A DNA stretch of 36,760 nucleotides, taken from positions 174,718 through 211,477 of the forward strand of contig CAJINV010000023.1 of assembly GCA_905178155.1 (NCBI GenBank), in the 5' to 3' direction. The notes below the pieces were generated by a model. The model saw only the letters and a program-made list of their open reading frames with translations, did no database searches and was not told the DNA's origin. Each line of letters starts with the position of its first letter. Positions within the stretch are counted from its first letter, which is position 1. Position numbers and translations under genes: made by a program. Positions 12,501 through 24,500 of this stretch are shown here, in pieces. Source of the DNA: Amoebophrya sp. A120 (taxonomy: Eukaryota > Protista > Dinoflagellata).

Positions 12501-15500
12501 ATTTGAAACACGAGCTAACGCGCCCTTCTTGACACAGAGCCGCGCGGGCATTGACAGGACGGCTCTTGCGTGTCAAGAAGGTGCCGTTAGCTCGTGTTTC
12601 GTTTTCAGGGTTCCAAAAAGTTTTTGTTTTTCCAAATGCAGCATTACAAAGTTTGAAATCGCTCAAAATTTGAAACACGAGCTAACGCGCCCTTCTTGAC
12701 ACAGAGCCCTACCGGCATTGACAGGACGGCTCTTGCGTGTCAAGAAGGTGCCGTTAGCTCGTGTTTCGTTTTCAGGGTTCCAAAAATTTTTTGTTTTTCC
12801 AAATTCAGCATTACAATGTTTGAAATCGCTCAAAATTTGAGACACGACCTAACGCGCCCTTATTGACACAGAGCCGCGCGGGCATTGACAGGACCACGGC
12901 TCTTGGTTGCGTGTCAATAAAGTTCCACTAGCTCGTGTTTCTTTTTCAGGGTTCCAAAATTTTTTTTGAAATCGCGAGTACAGGAGGCGCCGTTGCCACG
13001 TGTTCCTTTTTCAGGGTTCCAAACAGTTTGCGTTTGCCCACATGCAGCATTTTGCGTAACTAGAACCAAAACTACAAGTAGTGCGATATTTTTGCAATGA
13101 ATAACCTGGTATGCACTGCAAATATGTCTGGGTCTGGAGGAAAAGATGGTGCACGCTTTATTGTCATGCAGGTTTAACATAACCAAGAAGGTCTCGAATG
13201 TCGGCTCTAGCATCACAAGTGAAGAAGTTTTGAGAAAGCTCCGCAATGCTGAATCCGCATGCGAAGAGAAGTGCCGCCTTCTGGTAACCAAAAGTGATGA
13301 AGACTTGTTTTCCTGGTCACGCAATATAGATTTTCGTGTCGATCAGATTTAGCATGACAAAGTCGACGGACTCTTCCAGGAGACCCAGACATATTTGCAA
13401 TGCATACCTGGACCGCGCCAAAGTGGAAAAGACCAGTCTGGAGCAGCGCCTGTCGAGCTACGTATGAGAGTGCACAACTCCCCCTCCCCCGCCTCATTTG
13501 TAATGCAAAAACCCAAACTGCTCACACCGTGCTTATCCTTATCAGTGCTGTCTGCATGACAAATTTACGAAGCTCACACAGTGAGTACTACAGTCCGCAA
13601 GTAAATTTGTCACACGGAAACTACATTAAACATTTATTCTGCCGTTGCTTGTATTGCTGTCCATGCCCTACAAATGAGGGGGACGGGGGGGTTGTGCACC
13701 TTCATACTACGAAAAGCTCGAGCACGAGTTGCGAGCCAGAGGTCTGGAATTGGAAAAAGTGAAGGCGGAAAACGAGCAGGTGCGCAGAACTTGCTTTTTG
13801 GTGACACACAGTTGTTCTGAGATGAGCTACGACCTAGGATGTAAAAACTGATACTGATTGAAGTAGGATTTTTAGGGATACAGAAGAATGTAGTTGAAGA
13901 AGATTATGCGTAGTACACAGCTATGAGCTGTCGGGTGGCCTACTTCCAGTTTATCTTATCGTCATGTTCTTGCCCCGGGCATGATCGACTGGGGGCGGGA
14001 CTTTTGCAAGACAAAAGAGGGGGAGGGAAAAATAAAATCATTTCGTGCACATCAAGAACTCTCATAATATTCACATCAGATTAAGCGGCTCCGCGACACA
14101 GCCGAGCACGAGACGAATATCCTGTGCAAAAGTATCATACTCGCACTAATTATCGCAGCCGTGCAAGACAAATTTCTTTTTCAAGCTAAATCAGCATCAG
14201 AAGCTATTCCATTTGTCATGCTGAGCTAAGTTGCTTATTGTTTTTGTATTGCAATTATACTACGAGTGCGATACTTTTCCAATTCATACCGAATCTCCAA
14301 AAGCAACGCTATCAAATGCAAAAATGTCTGGGTCTGGAAGGTTGGAACTTGTGATGCGCATTTCACAACACGCAAAAATCTCTCATGCATTGGTAGCAAA
14401 AGCTGCCCATTTTCTGTCACCGAAATGGGGGATTTGTCATGCTGATTCGGCATTGCGGAAGCTTCTCGAAGCCTGTGATGCTGAGCTTCCATGCCAGACC
14501 TTCTGTATCATGCAAAAACAGCATGACTCTTCCAGATCCAGACATTTTTACATTTGATAAACGCCTACATGAGACAATCCAGAAATCCAGCTTCGAGAAA
14601 AAAACGCAAATATGAGAGTGCACAACTCCCCCTGCTCCCCCTCATTTGTATTTTTGCATGAACAGCAATACAAACACCAGCACACGTGGAGCCTATGCAT
14701 GAGAAATTTATGTCCCTACGTGTAGTAGTAGTACATACTGTTTGGGATTCCGGAATTTCTCCTGTAGTAAACAGTGCCACACAGCAGAGACTGGATCTGG
14801 ATTTGGGGTTTTGCATGACAAATGAGGGGGAGAGCGAGTTATGCGCTTTCATAGCAAAAAGAGGAAATGCAGAAAGAAAGGGAGCACTTTCAGCTGTTGC
14901 TGAAGCAGGCGAGGTATGAACTGCAAAAGTGAGTTGTTGCTTCTAGTGGGAATCGCATGGCAATAAATTTTCTCACCAGCATGAGAAATCAAATTTGTCA
15001 ATGCTGATTTAGATTTTGAGTCACCTTCGGTGGAACGAGATTTGAAAAATTATGCATGATTGCGATTAGTATCACGAGCGCAGTGCTGTTGCAGACAGGA
15101 TAAAAGCGACAAGCACGAGATGAATCAGACCACCATACAGAATACCATAGCGCAAAAATGTCTGGGTCTGGAAGAATGCAACTTGTGATGCTGCATTTGG
15201 ATTCCAAAAAAATCTGTATTGCATGAGTAGCAAAGGGAATGCAATTTTTGCTACGCTGAGAAGGCATTTGTCATGCGGAATAGGCATCAAGAAGCCTTCA
15301 AAAAATCTGTGTTGCCGGGGTATGCATCACAGACATCATGGCTCATGCAAAACGTGCATGACAAGTGCCAGAATCTTCCAGACCCAGACATTTTTGCACT
15401 TCATACAGAACCAGTTCGACGCGGAGTTTGTCGTTCTGATATCCACAGTAAATTAAAATTTCCCGCACATGTACAACAAATTCGGTCTCTGCAAGACAAA

Positions 15501-18500
15501 ACTTGGCTTCGATCGACGTTTAGCATGACTAGTTTTACCCTCTAAATTGGTGAAGTTTGTGATGCATCCACCTGTACATGTAAGTACGGGAAATTTGTAT
15601 TGCATATCTGAAAGAGAAAAACAACGACTTGGAGCTGAAGGTGACCACTTTGAGTGCGCACTATGAGAACGCGCAGGAACTGCTAAAGCAGTACGAGCTC
15701 GACCTTGTGGAGGAAAAGCACGGCGCGAAACTGTTATGGAATGCAAATATGTCTGGGTCTGGTTCTGGAACACTGCAACATGTCATGCTAACGCAGAATC
15801 ATGCAAAAATCTGCCTTGCGTGATTACCAGCAAAGGCTGTGCACTTTCGACCAAGTTTCACGACGCAGGATAGGCATGATGATAGAGATCTCACAGAATC
15901 TGTCATGCTAAATCCTGCATTTCAGACCTCAGGGGTCATGCAAACTCGGCATGACAAATCGCGCATTCTTGTTCCAGACCCAGACATATTTGCACTGGAT
16001 AACTGTTGCAAGAGAACTACCTGAAGCAGGAACACGCACTCAAATCGGAATTGGACCAGACCTTCAAACGGGTAGAAATTATCCTGTGCAAAAGCATCGT
16101 ATTCGTATTGCAGTCATGCATATACAAGTCTTTTTGTTAAGTGTCAAATCCGCATTACAAATTTCATTTCTCATGCGGAGGAAATTTGTAATGCATTTAT
16201 ACGAGAGCTGCGATACTTTTGCAATTGATAGAAATGATCGAGCAGCAGGGCAACAAAGAAGTCGACACGCTCCGAGATTCCCTGCTCATGGAAAAGACGC
16301 AACGAGCGGTATAATCGTCCTCTATGTGCTGTAAAATTTAAAATTTCGCTCTGCTTCTGAGCAGCAGTTTCTCTTTCGCTTTACGAAAGCATCTTGCACT
16401 TGTCCTGCAGTGGTTTCACCGAAAAGAACCCGCTTACTTACCGGCGCCAAAGATTTCGCGTACCGGTGCGCCCATACGCTCCTGTTTGGCTCGCGTACCG
16501 GCGCCGTGCCGGCGCTTCTTTTAGGTGTCTGTGCGGTTTTTTTTGATGTAGTTTTGCCATTTTCTCTGTTCATGTTCTGGCTCTTGAGTAAAAAAAAAGA
16601 ATCCCTATCCTTAGGCCGAGAAAGCGAGCGCCGCGGACCAGATCCGCAAACTGGAGCAGGCTATCCAGGGTCGCACAGCGGAACTTGAGCAGCAGCGCCG
16701 CTATGCAGTGCAAATGTGTCTGGGTCTGGAAGGATGCAAGGTTTGTCATGCTTGTCTGGTATGTCTGAAGAGTCTGTGATGCGGGTCCAAGAAGAGACCC
16801 TCTTGCGTGTCATGCAAAGACGCAGTTTGTCATGTGGAAAATGCAAGAACACTAAAGCAGCGCGGATATTCCCCATGCTTGGCTGTGCATTACAGAGCAT
16901 TCACTATTCGTATTCCCCACCCAGCATTACAAGTTTCCAGACCCAGACGTATTTGCATTCGATAGCCGCGAGACGGAGACAAAACTCATGGAGCAACAGA
17001 AGCTGTTGGCAGACAAACAGAACCTTATGGAGAACGAGTTGGAGAAAACGCGGTCGAGTTTGCTGCTCGACAAGGAGCGCGCCGTGCAGAGTTTGGTAGA
17101 AGAAAAAAACCTAGAGCTGGCGGAAAAAAACCGAGAATGGGATACGAAATACCAGGACATGAAGAACAGCTACGCCAAGGACCTGGACACCACGACGGCA
17201 CTTATGAACCGCATAAGTACCGTACTCGTAGTAATTGGAATTGCAGTCATGCATTACAAATTTTTTTCTTAAGGTCAATACGCATTACAAATTCTATTTC
17301 TCATGCTGAGAAAATTTGTAATGCATTTATACGAGTACGGTACTTTTGCAATGCATAGCACTGACGCAGCAGCAACAGAACGCGCTGCAGCACGAACTTG
17401 AGGGGATCACCAAAGAAAAAAAGCAGCTGCAGGACTATGACCCGCTCAGACGTTACAATCTCAACTGTTACAATAGAATCTGGAAATCTATGATGCAAGA
17501 ACTGCATGATCTAGCCTACTCCCATAGCCATAGGATTACGCATGATAAGTTTCGGAGTCCCAAACCCACCTGAAATCCGGCAAAATTTGTATTGCGAAAA
17601 GCTCGATTCTCTCTGCGTTCCTCATGCTCTTCATGCAATACAAATTCTAGATTCTATTGTAACGTTTGGGATTGTAACGCTTGAGCAGTTCATAAGGATC
17701 TAAGCGACAGACTCGCCAGCGAAAAACAGAAGCTTGAAAGCGAGAAGCGAAGCCTAGAAATGACAATATCGGGGGAGCGGTCAAAACAGGACAAGCAGGC
17801 GACGGAGCTTGCGACGCGGGAAAAGCAGGCGGCGGACCAACTCGCGGCGCTCCGCGCGGAGCTCGTGAGCTTGCAAGAGAAGGCCGATGAGGAGCGACAG
17901 ACCCTGGACCGCGAAAAGCTGGAACTCGAAAGCACTTTGGCCGCGAAGGCGCAGGCCGCTTCGGCGCTCGAGAAGGAGAAGCTAGACTTGCTGGAAAAAA
18001 TGAAAGAGCGGCAATCGGAGTTCGAGTTGCAGAAAAGCCTAACTTATGCAGTGCAAAAGCATACTCGCGCAGCTAGTAGTAGAAGTAATTGCAATAGTAC
18101 GAATTAGCTCAGCATGACGCCGCATCATCATCAAAGTTGTCATGACGATTTAGCTTGAAAAAGAGACTTGTCATTTGCTTTTATTTGTAAATTACTACGA
18201 ATACGACTACACTTTTGCCATGCAAATCGCGTCGCACGAGTCGGAGCAGAAGCTGCAAGATGCGCAAAAGGAATTCCAGAAGGAGTTGCAGGGGATGCAG
18301 ACGCAGGTGATGCGACTGGAAATGGAGAAGAAAAATGCGGAAAAGGGCTACGCGGAGAGGCTAGAAGCCGAACGAGAAAAGCTGGTTAGCGAAAACAACC
18401 AGAGCGCTGAGAAGTACAACAGTTACATCGACACGATGGAGCAGCATTCGCAGTCTTTGCAGCAAGAGCTGGACAACGTGAAGATCCGCAGCACGGACCT

Positions 18501-21500
18501 GGAGCAGTCGGTGAGTGCCCTGCAGCATGAAAAGCACGAGCAGCAGCAGAGCATGGAGCGGGCGAAGCAGGACGCGGACCGAAAAGTGCAGGACCTGACG
18601 CAGCAACTATATTATCCTGTGCAAAAGTATCGTATGTAGTGAGGTCACCGAACGGTTCTAACCAGGGAGTTTTTTTGACAGCTACCCTGAAAAACGACCG
18701 GCAGTTTTCAAGCGGCCGGAGGCGTTTTTTGACATAAAAAATTTTTAATTATCAAGCGGACGGGGCTTTGCCGTCAAACAAGCCCGGTCGAAAACTATCG
18801 ACTCGCACTTGATAAAACGACGCAGGGGAGCCGGGAAAAGGGGCGCCCTTCTGAGGCGCCCGCCCCCTTGGTTTCTGGCGATTTGGGGCGCCCAAAAAGG
18901 GGCGCGCAAAAAACGCGCCCAAAATCAAAACAGCGAAACAGCATGGCACGGCCGCGATTTCGGAGCATTTTGGGCGGCCGCGAAAGCGGCCGCCTTTTCG
19001 CCGGTTTCAGAGCCTGGGAAGCTTTGCAAAAAGCGCCGGCGTGAAAAATAAAAACGCGAAAAAGAAAAAGCGCCCCAGACGCGCAAAGCCAATCCGCATG
19101 CTATGGGCCCGATTTTTCTTCGCTTTTTGGGCGCCCCCCGTGGCACCCGGATCGGCCCCATAGCATGGGGGCTGGCCTTCGGAAAGGAATTTCGGGAATT
19201 TGCCAAAATTTGCGATGTTTATCAAGCGGCCGCCATACCGTGCGGCCTAACGTTACTCACGGCGGTATGGCGAGCCCAGAAAAAGCAAAGCCGCGGCCAA
19301 GGCGATGGCCGGCAAGAAAACGCCCAACGACCTCACTACCTCCGCCCCGGCGGCTATATTTGGTACTCGTAGTAATTGGCATCATGCATTACAAATCTTC
19401 TTCTTAAGGTAGATCCGCATTACAAATTTTATCTCTCATGCTGAGAAAATTTGTAATGCATTTATACGAGTGCGATGCTTTTGCGGTGGATATGTATACC
19501 GAGCAGACCAAAGCCGAGATTTTGCGCAAGGACAAACAAGCCCTAGAATCGGAGGTTTTAACGCTGAAACAGTCCGTCGCGAGCGGCGAGCAGAAGATGG
19601 CGAATTTTCAGGAGGAAGTGCAGCAGTTGCGCAGCTTCCAGCAGCAGACCAACAGCGCGACCAGCGAACAGATGCTGCAATTCCAAACGGAGTTGCAACA
19701 GGAGTTCGAGAAGAAATTTTCCCTACAACTGACCAACCAGCGGGAGGTCATCGAGCAGAAAGACGCCCAGATTATCGCTCTGGAACAGGAAAAGTCGAAG
19801 CACGAACAAGACGTGGACAGCCTCACGGAGATGATGCAGCACGCAATGGTGATGGAGGAAGAAAAGAACACCGAGATCGCGATTCTGAAAAAGTTCATTG
19901 CGGACAACGTGGATCTCAGCGACGACAACAATAACGTCCTGCGCGACATGATCTTGAAGGACAAAGACAGCGCTGGAAATCATCATCTCCTGAACAGCCC
20001 GGGAGGTGGAGCAGCAGGTCCCGTTGCAGCAGGGGCAGCCACGACTGTGTCGGGGAATCCTAGCGGCAATATGATGATCGATCCGAGTTCGCTGAACCAA
20101 ATGATGATGATGCGCATGACGCCGCCGCCGCGGGGAGGCAGTACTAACATGTTCCAGCCCAGTCCGGGTCCAGTCGCTTCATCTGGGGCCGGTAACATCA
20201 ATGTGAATGTGCTGCAGCAGCAGGGGCCAGCACCGCCGCAAGGTTCATCTACCTTTGGAATTTCCCCGTTCGCAGCGCGACCCGGCGGCCTGGTGGGCAA
20301 CATTGGACTACCCTTGCATCTCCCGGCCGTGGGGTTGACCAATCCTGCGGGCGGGCCTGGTGCGGGTCCGCAGATATAACATGCTCAGGTTTTACAATCT
20401 CAAATCGGTTACCATAAAATCTGGAGTTTGTAATGCAAGAAGTGCATTATCTAGCCAACTCTCATAGGATTGAGCATGACAAGTTCTGGAGTCCCAATCC
20501 GCACTACAATCTGGCGAAATTTGTATTGCAGAAAGTGGAATGCTCTGCGAGTCTGTCATGCTCCTCATGCAATACAAAACCCAGATTCTATTCTAACGTT
20601 TGAGATTGTAACGCTTGAGCAGGTCATAGAAGATATGGTCGTCTTCTTCGGTTGAGCAGGAGTATGGCGGCGGGTACACTGGTTTTACCACCAGCACCGC
20701 GAAGTCTGCCATTGTCGTCGGCTGCAACTTATGAACTGCAAAAGTACAGTATCGCACTAGTATAAATTGGATTACGAATTGGCATTGAGTTAGCATTACG
20801 AATTAAATTTGTAAATGCGGACTTGCCCGAATGCGAAGCGCCTGTATGCCGCTGCGAAACGCAGCAAGCTTCTTGCTGAATTTGTCCGAATTGGCGCAGC
20901 AGAGGTAGCTCGTTGGCAGCCTCTCGCCTACGTTTCGCTTGTGCATAAGGACCTCCAGGGCCGTGCGTCATGTTCTGCCTCACGTCTTAGACGGATGCCG
21001 CACGTCTGACCTTCGTGCAGCCTGGGCCCCGACTCATGCCGCCTCTGCCTTTTCGTTGCGCCTTCTACGACGCTCGCCCGCAAAGAAGCGGCGGCCCCCG
21101 CAAACGTTGCCGCGCCCGCCCGCTTGAAGCTGAACGCGGCAAACCCGCACGGGGGGACGAAACGAAGCGCGCGGCGCTGGTGATTCTCGAGACCAAACCG
21201 CGAGGAAAGTCGCCGCCCTTTTCGCAGGAACGCAAAAACGAGACACCCGCCCGCGCCCGTGCTCGCTAATCGCAAAGAAACGGCGGCCCCCGCGGACGCT
21301 TTCGCGCCCGCCCGCTTGAAGCTGAACGCGGCAAACCCGCATGGGGAGACGGAACGAAGCGCGCGGCCCTGGTGGTTCTCGAGACCAAACCGGGAGGAAA
21401 ATCGCCGCCCTTTTCGCAGGAACGCAAAAACGAGACTCCCGCCCGCGCCAGTGCTCGCCTATCGCAAAGAAACGGCGGCCCCCGCGGACGTTTTCGCGCT

Positions 21501-24500
21501 CGCCCGCCTGAAGCGGAACGCGGCAAACCCGCATGGGGAGACGGAACGAAGCGCGCGGCCCTGGTGGTTCTCGAGACCAAACCGGGAGGGAAATCGCCGC
21601 CCTTTTCGCAGGAACGCAAAAACGAGACTCCCGCCCGCGCCAATGCTCGCTAATCGCAAAGAAACGGCGGCCCCCGCGGACGTTTTCGCGCTCGCCCGCC
21701 TGAAGCTGAACGCGGCAAACCCGCATGGGGAGACGGAACGAAGCGCGCGGCCCTGGTGGTTCTCGAGACCAAACCGGGAGGAAAATCGCCGCCCTTTTCG
21801 CAGGAACGCAAAAACGAGACTCCCGCCCGCGCCAATGCTCGCTAATCGCAAAGAAACGGCGGCCCCCGCGGACGTTTTCGCGCTCGCCCGCCTGAAGCTG
21901 AACGCGGCAAACCCGCATGGGGAGACGGAACGAAGCGCGCGGCCCTGGTGGTTCTCGAGACCAAACCGGGAGGAAAATCGCCGCCCTTTTCGCAGGAACG
22001 CAAAAACGAGACTCCCGCCCGCGCCAATGCTCGCTAATCGCAAAGAAACGGCGGCCCCCGCGGACGTTTTCGCGCTCGCCCGCCTGAAGCTGAACGCGGC
22101 AAACCCGCATGGGGAGACGGAACGAAGCGCGCGGCCCTGGTGGTTCTCGAGACCAAACCGGGAGGAAAATCGCCGCCCTTTTCGCAGGAACGCAAAAACG
22201 AGACTCCCGCCCGCGCCAATGCTCGCTAATCGCAAAGAAACGGCGGCCCCCGCGGACGTTTTCGCGCTCGCCCGCCTGAAGCTGAACGCGGCAAACCCGC
22301 ATGGGGAGACGGAACGAAGCGCGCGGCCCTGGTGGTTCTCGAGACCAAACCGGGAGGAAAATCGCCGCCCTTTTCGCAGGAACGCAAAAACGAGACTCCC
22401 GCCCGCGCCAATGCTCGCTAATCGCAAAGAAACGGCGGCCCCCGCGGACGTTTTCGCGCTCGCCCGCCTGAAGCTGAACGCGGCAAACCCGCATGGGGAG
22501 ACGGAACGAAGCGCGCGGCCCTGGTGGTTCTCGAGACCAAACCGGGAGGAAAATCGCCGCCCTTTTCGCAGGAACGCAAAAACGAGACTCCCGCCCGCGC
22601 CAATGCTCGCTAATCGCAAAGAAACGGCGGCCCCCGCGGACGTTTTCGCGCTCGCCCGCCTGAAGCTGAACGCGGCAAACCCGCATGGGGAGACGGAACG
22701 AAGCGCGCGGCCCTGGTGGTTCTCGAGACCAAACCGGGAGGAAAATCGCCGCCCTTTTCGCAGGAACGCAAAAACGAGACTCCCGCCCGCGCCAATGCTC
22801 GCTAATCGCAAAGAAACGGCGGCCCCCGCGGACGTTTTCGCGCTCGCCCGCCTGAAGCTGAACGCGGCAAACCCGCATGGGGAGACGGAACGAAGCGCGC
22901 GGCCCTGGTGGTTCTCGAGACCAAACCGGGAGGAAAATCGCCGCCCTTTTCGCAGGAACGCAAAAACGAGACTCCCGCCCGCGCCAATGCTCGCTAATCG
23001 CAAAGAAACGGCGGCCCCCGCGGACGTTTTCGCGCTCGCCCGCCTGAAGCTGAACGCGGCAAACCCGCATGGGGAGACGGAACGAAGCGCGCGGCCCTGG
23101 TGGTTCTCGAGACCAAACCGGGAGGAAAATCGCCGCCCTTTTCGCAGGAACGCAAAAACGAGACTCCCGCCCGCGCCAATGCTCGCTAATCGCAAAGAAA
23201 CGGCGGCCCCCGCGGACGTTTTCGCGCTCGCCCGCCTGAAGCTGAACGCGGCAAACCCGCATGGGGAGACGGAACGAAGCGCGCGGCCCTGGTGGTTCTC
23301 GAGACCAAACCGGGAGGAAAATCGCCGCCCTTTTCGCAGGAACGCAAAAACGAGACTCCCGCCCGCGCCAATGCTCGCTAATCGCAAAGAAACGGCGGCC
23401 CCCGCGGACGTTTTCGCGCTCGCCCGCCTGAAGCTGAACGCGGCAAACCCGCATGGGGAGACGGAACGAAGCGCGCGGCCCTGGTGGTTCTCGAGACCAA
23501 ACCGGGAGGAAAATCGCCGCCCTTTTCGCAGGAACGCAAAAACGAGACTCCCGCCCGCGCCAATGCTCGCTAATCGCAAAGAAACGGCGGCCCCCGCGGA
23601 CGTTTTCGCGCTCGCCCGCCTGAAGCTGAACGCGGCAAACCCGCATGGGGAGACGGAACGAAGCGCGCGGCCCTGGTGGTTCTCGAGACCAAACCGGGAG
23701 GAAAATCGCCGCCCTTTTCGCAGGAACGCAAAAACGAGACTCCCGCCCGCGCCAATGCTCGCTAATCGCAAAGAAACGGCGGCCCCCGCAAACGTTTCCG
23801 CGCCCGCCCGCTTGAAGTTGAACGCGGCAAATCCGTATGGGGAGACGAAACGAAGCGCGCGGCCCTGGTGGTTCTCGAGACCAAACCGGGAGGAAAATCG
23901 CCGCCCTTTTCGCAGGAACGCAAAAACCAGACGCCCGCCTGCGCCAGTGCTCGCTAATCGCAAAGAAGCGGCGGCCCCCGCAAATGTTTCCGCGCTCGCC
24001 CGCTTGAAGTTGAACGCGGCAAATCCGCATGGGGAGACGAAACGAAGCGCGCGGCGCTGGTGATTCTCGAGACCAAGCCGGGAGGAAAGTCGCCACCCTT
24101 TTCGCAGGAGCAGCACGGCGACCGCCCCGCCTGCGCCCGTCCACCCAAGCCAACCAAACGAGCCCCAGCGCGTTGCTTAGCTTATATCCTTCTCGATTTA
24201 TTGTTCAGTAGAAGGCCGCGGCCGCCCGGACGTCCTGCCGCCCGGTTGTAGCTCTGTCTCCGATGTGCTGCGGATTTGCCTTAGCAAAAAGATCTGGAGC
24301 GCATGCATTGCGTCGCAATATAGACATAGAGCACGAGGGCGCCGAGCACTTTTGCAGTTCATACAACTACCCAAACGTCCGCAACGCGGGTATGGACAAG
24401 CTCGCAAGCGGGGAAGTCGTCAACTGTTAACTTGATTCCTTGTCGTGCGAAATTGGAATTGCCATGCATCAGCTTCAGCATCTTGGATAGTAGCAGAATC

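Noticed and set aside
11485-13050. CRISPR-like array or repeated 60-aa ORFs
   Set aside because: The units repeat in full with no unique spacers, and the context is a eukaryotic intron.
21034-24153. Three 885-1039-aa ORFs
   Set aside because: They are artefacts of a GC-rich 192-bp (3n) tandem repeat that is open in several frames on both strands. The region is intronic and shows no recognisable domain.
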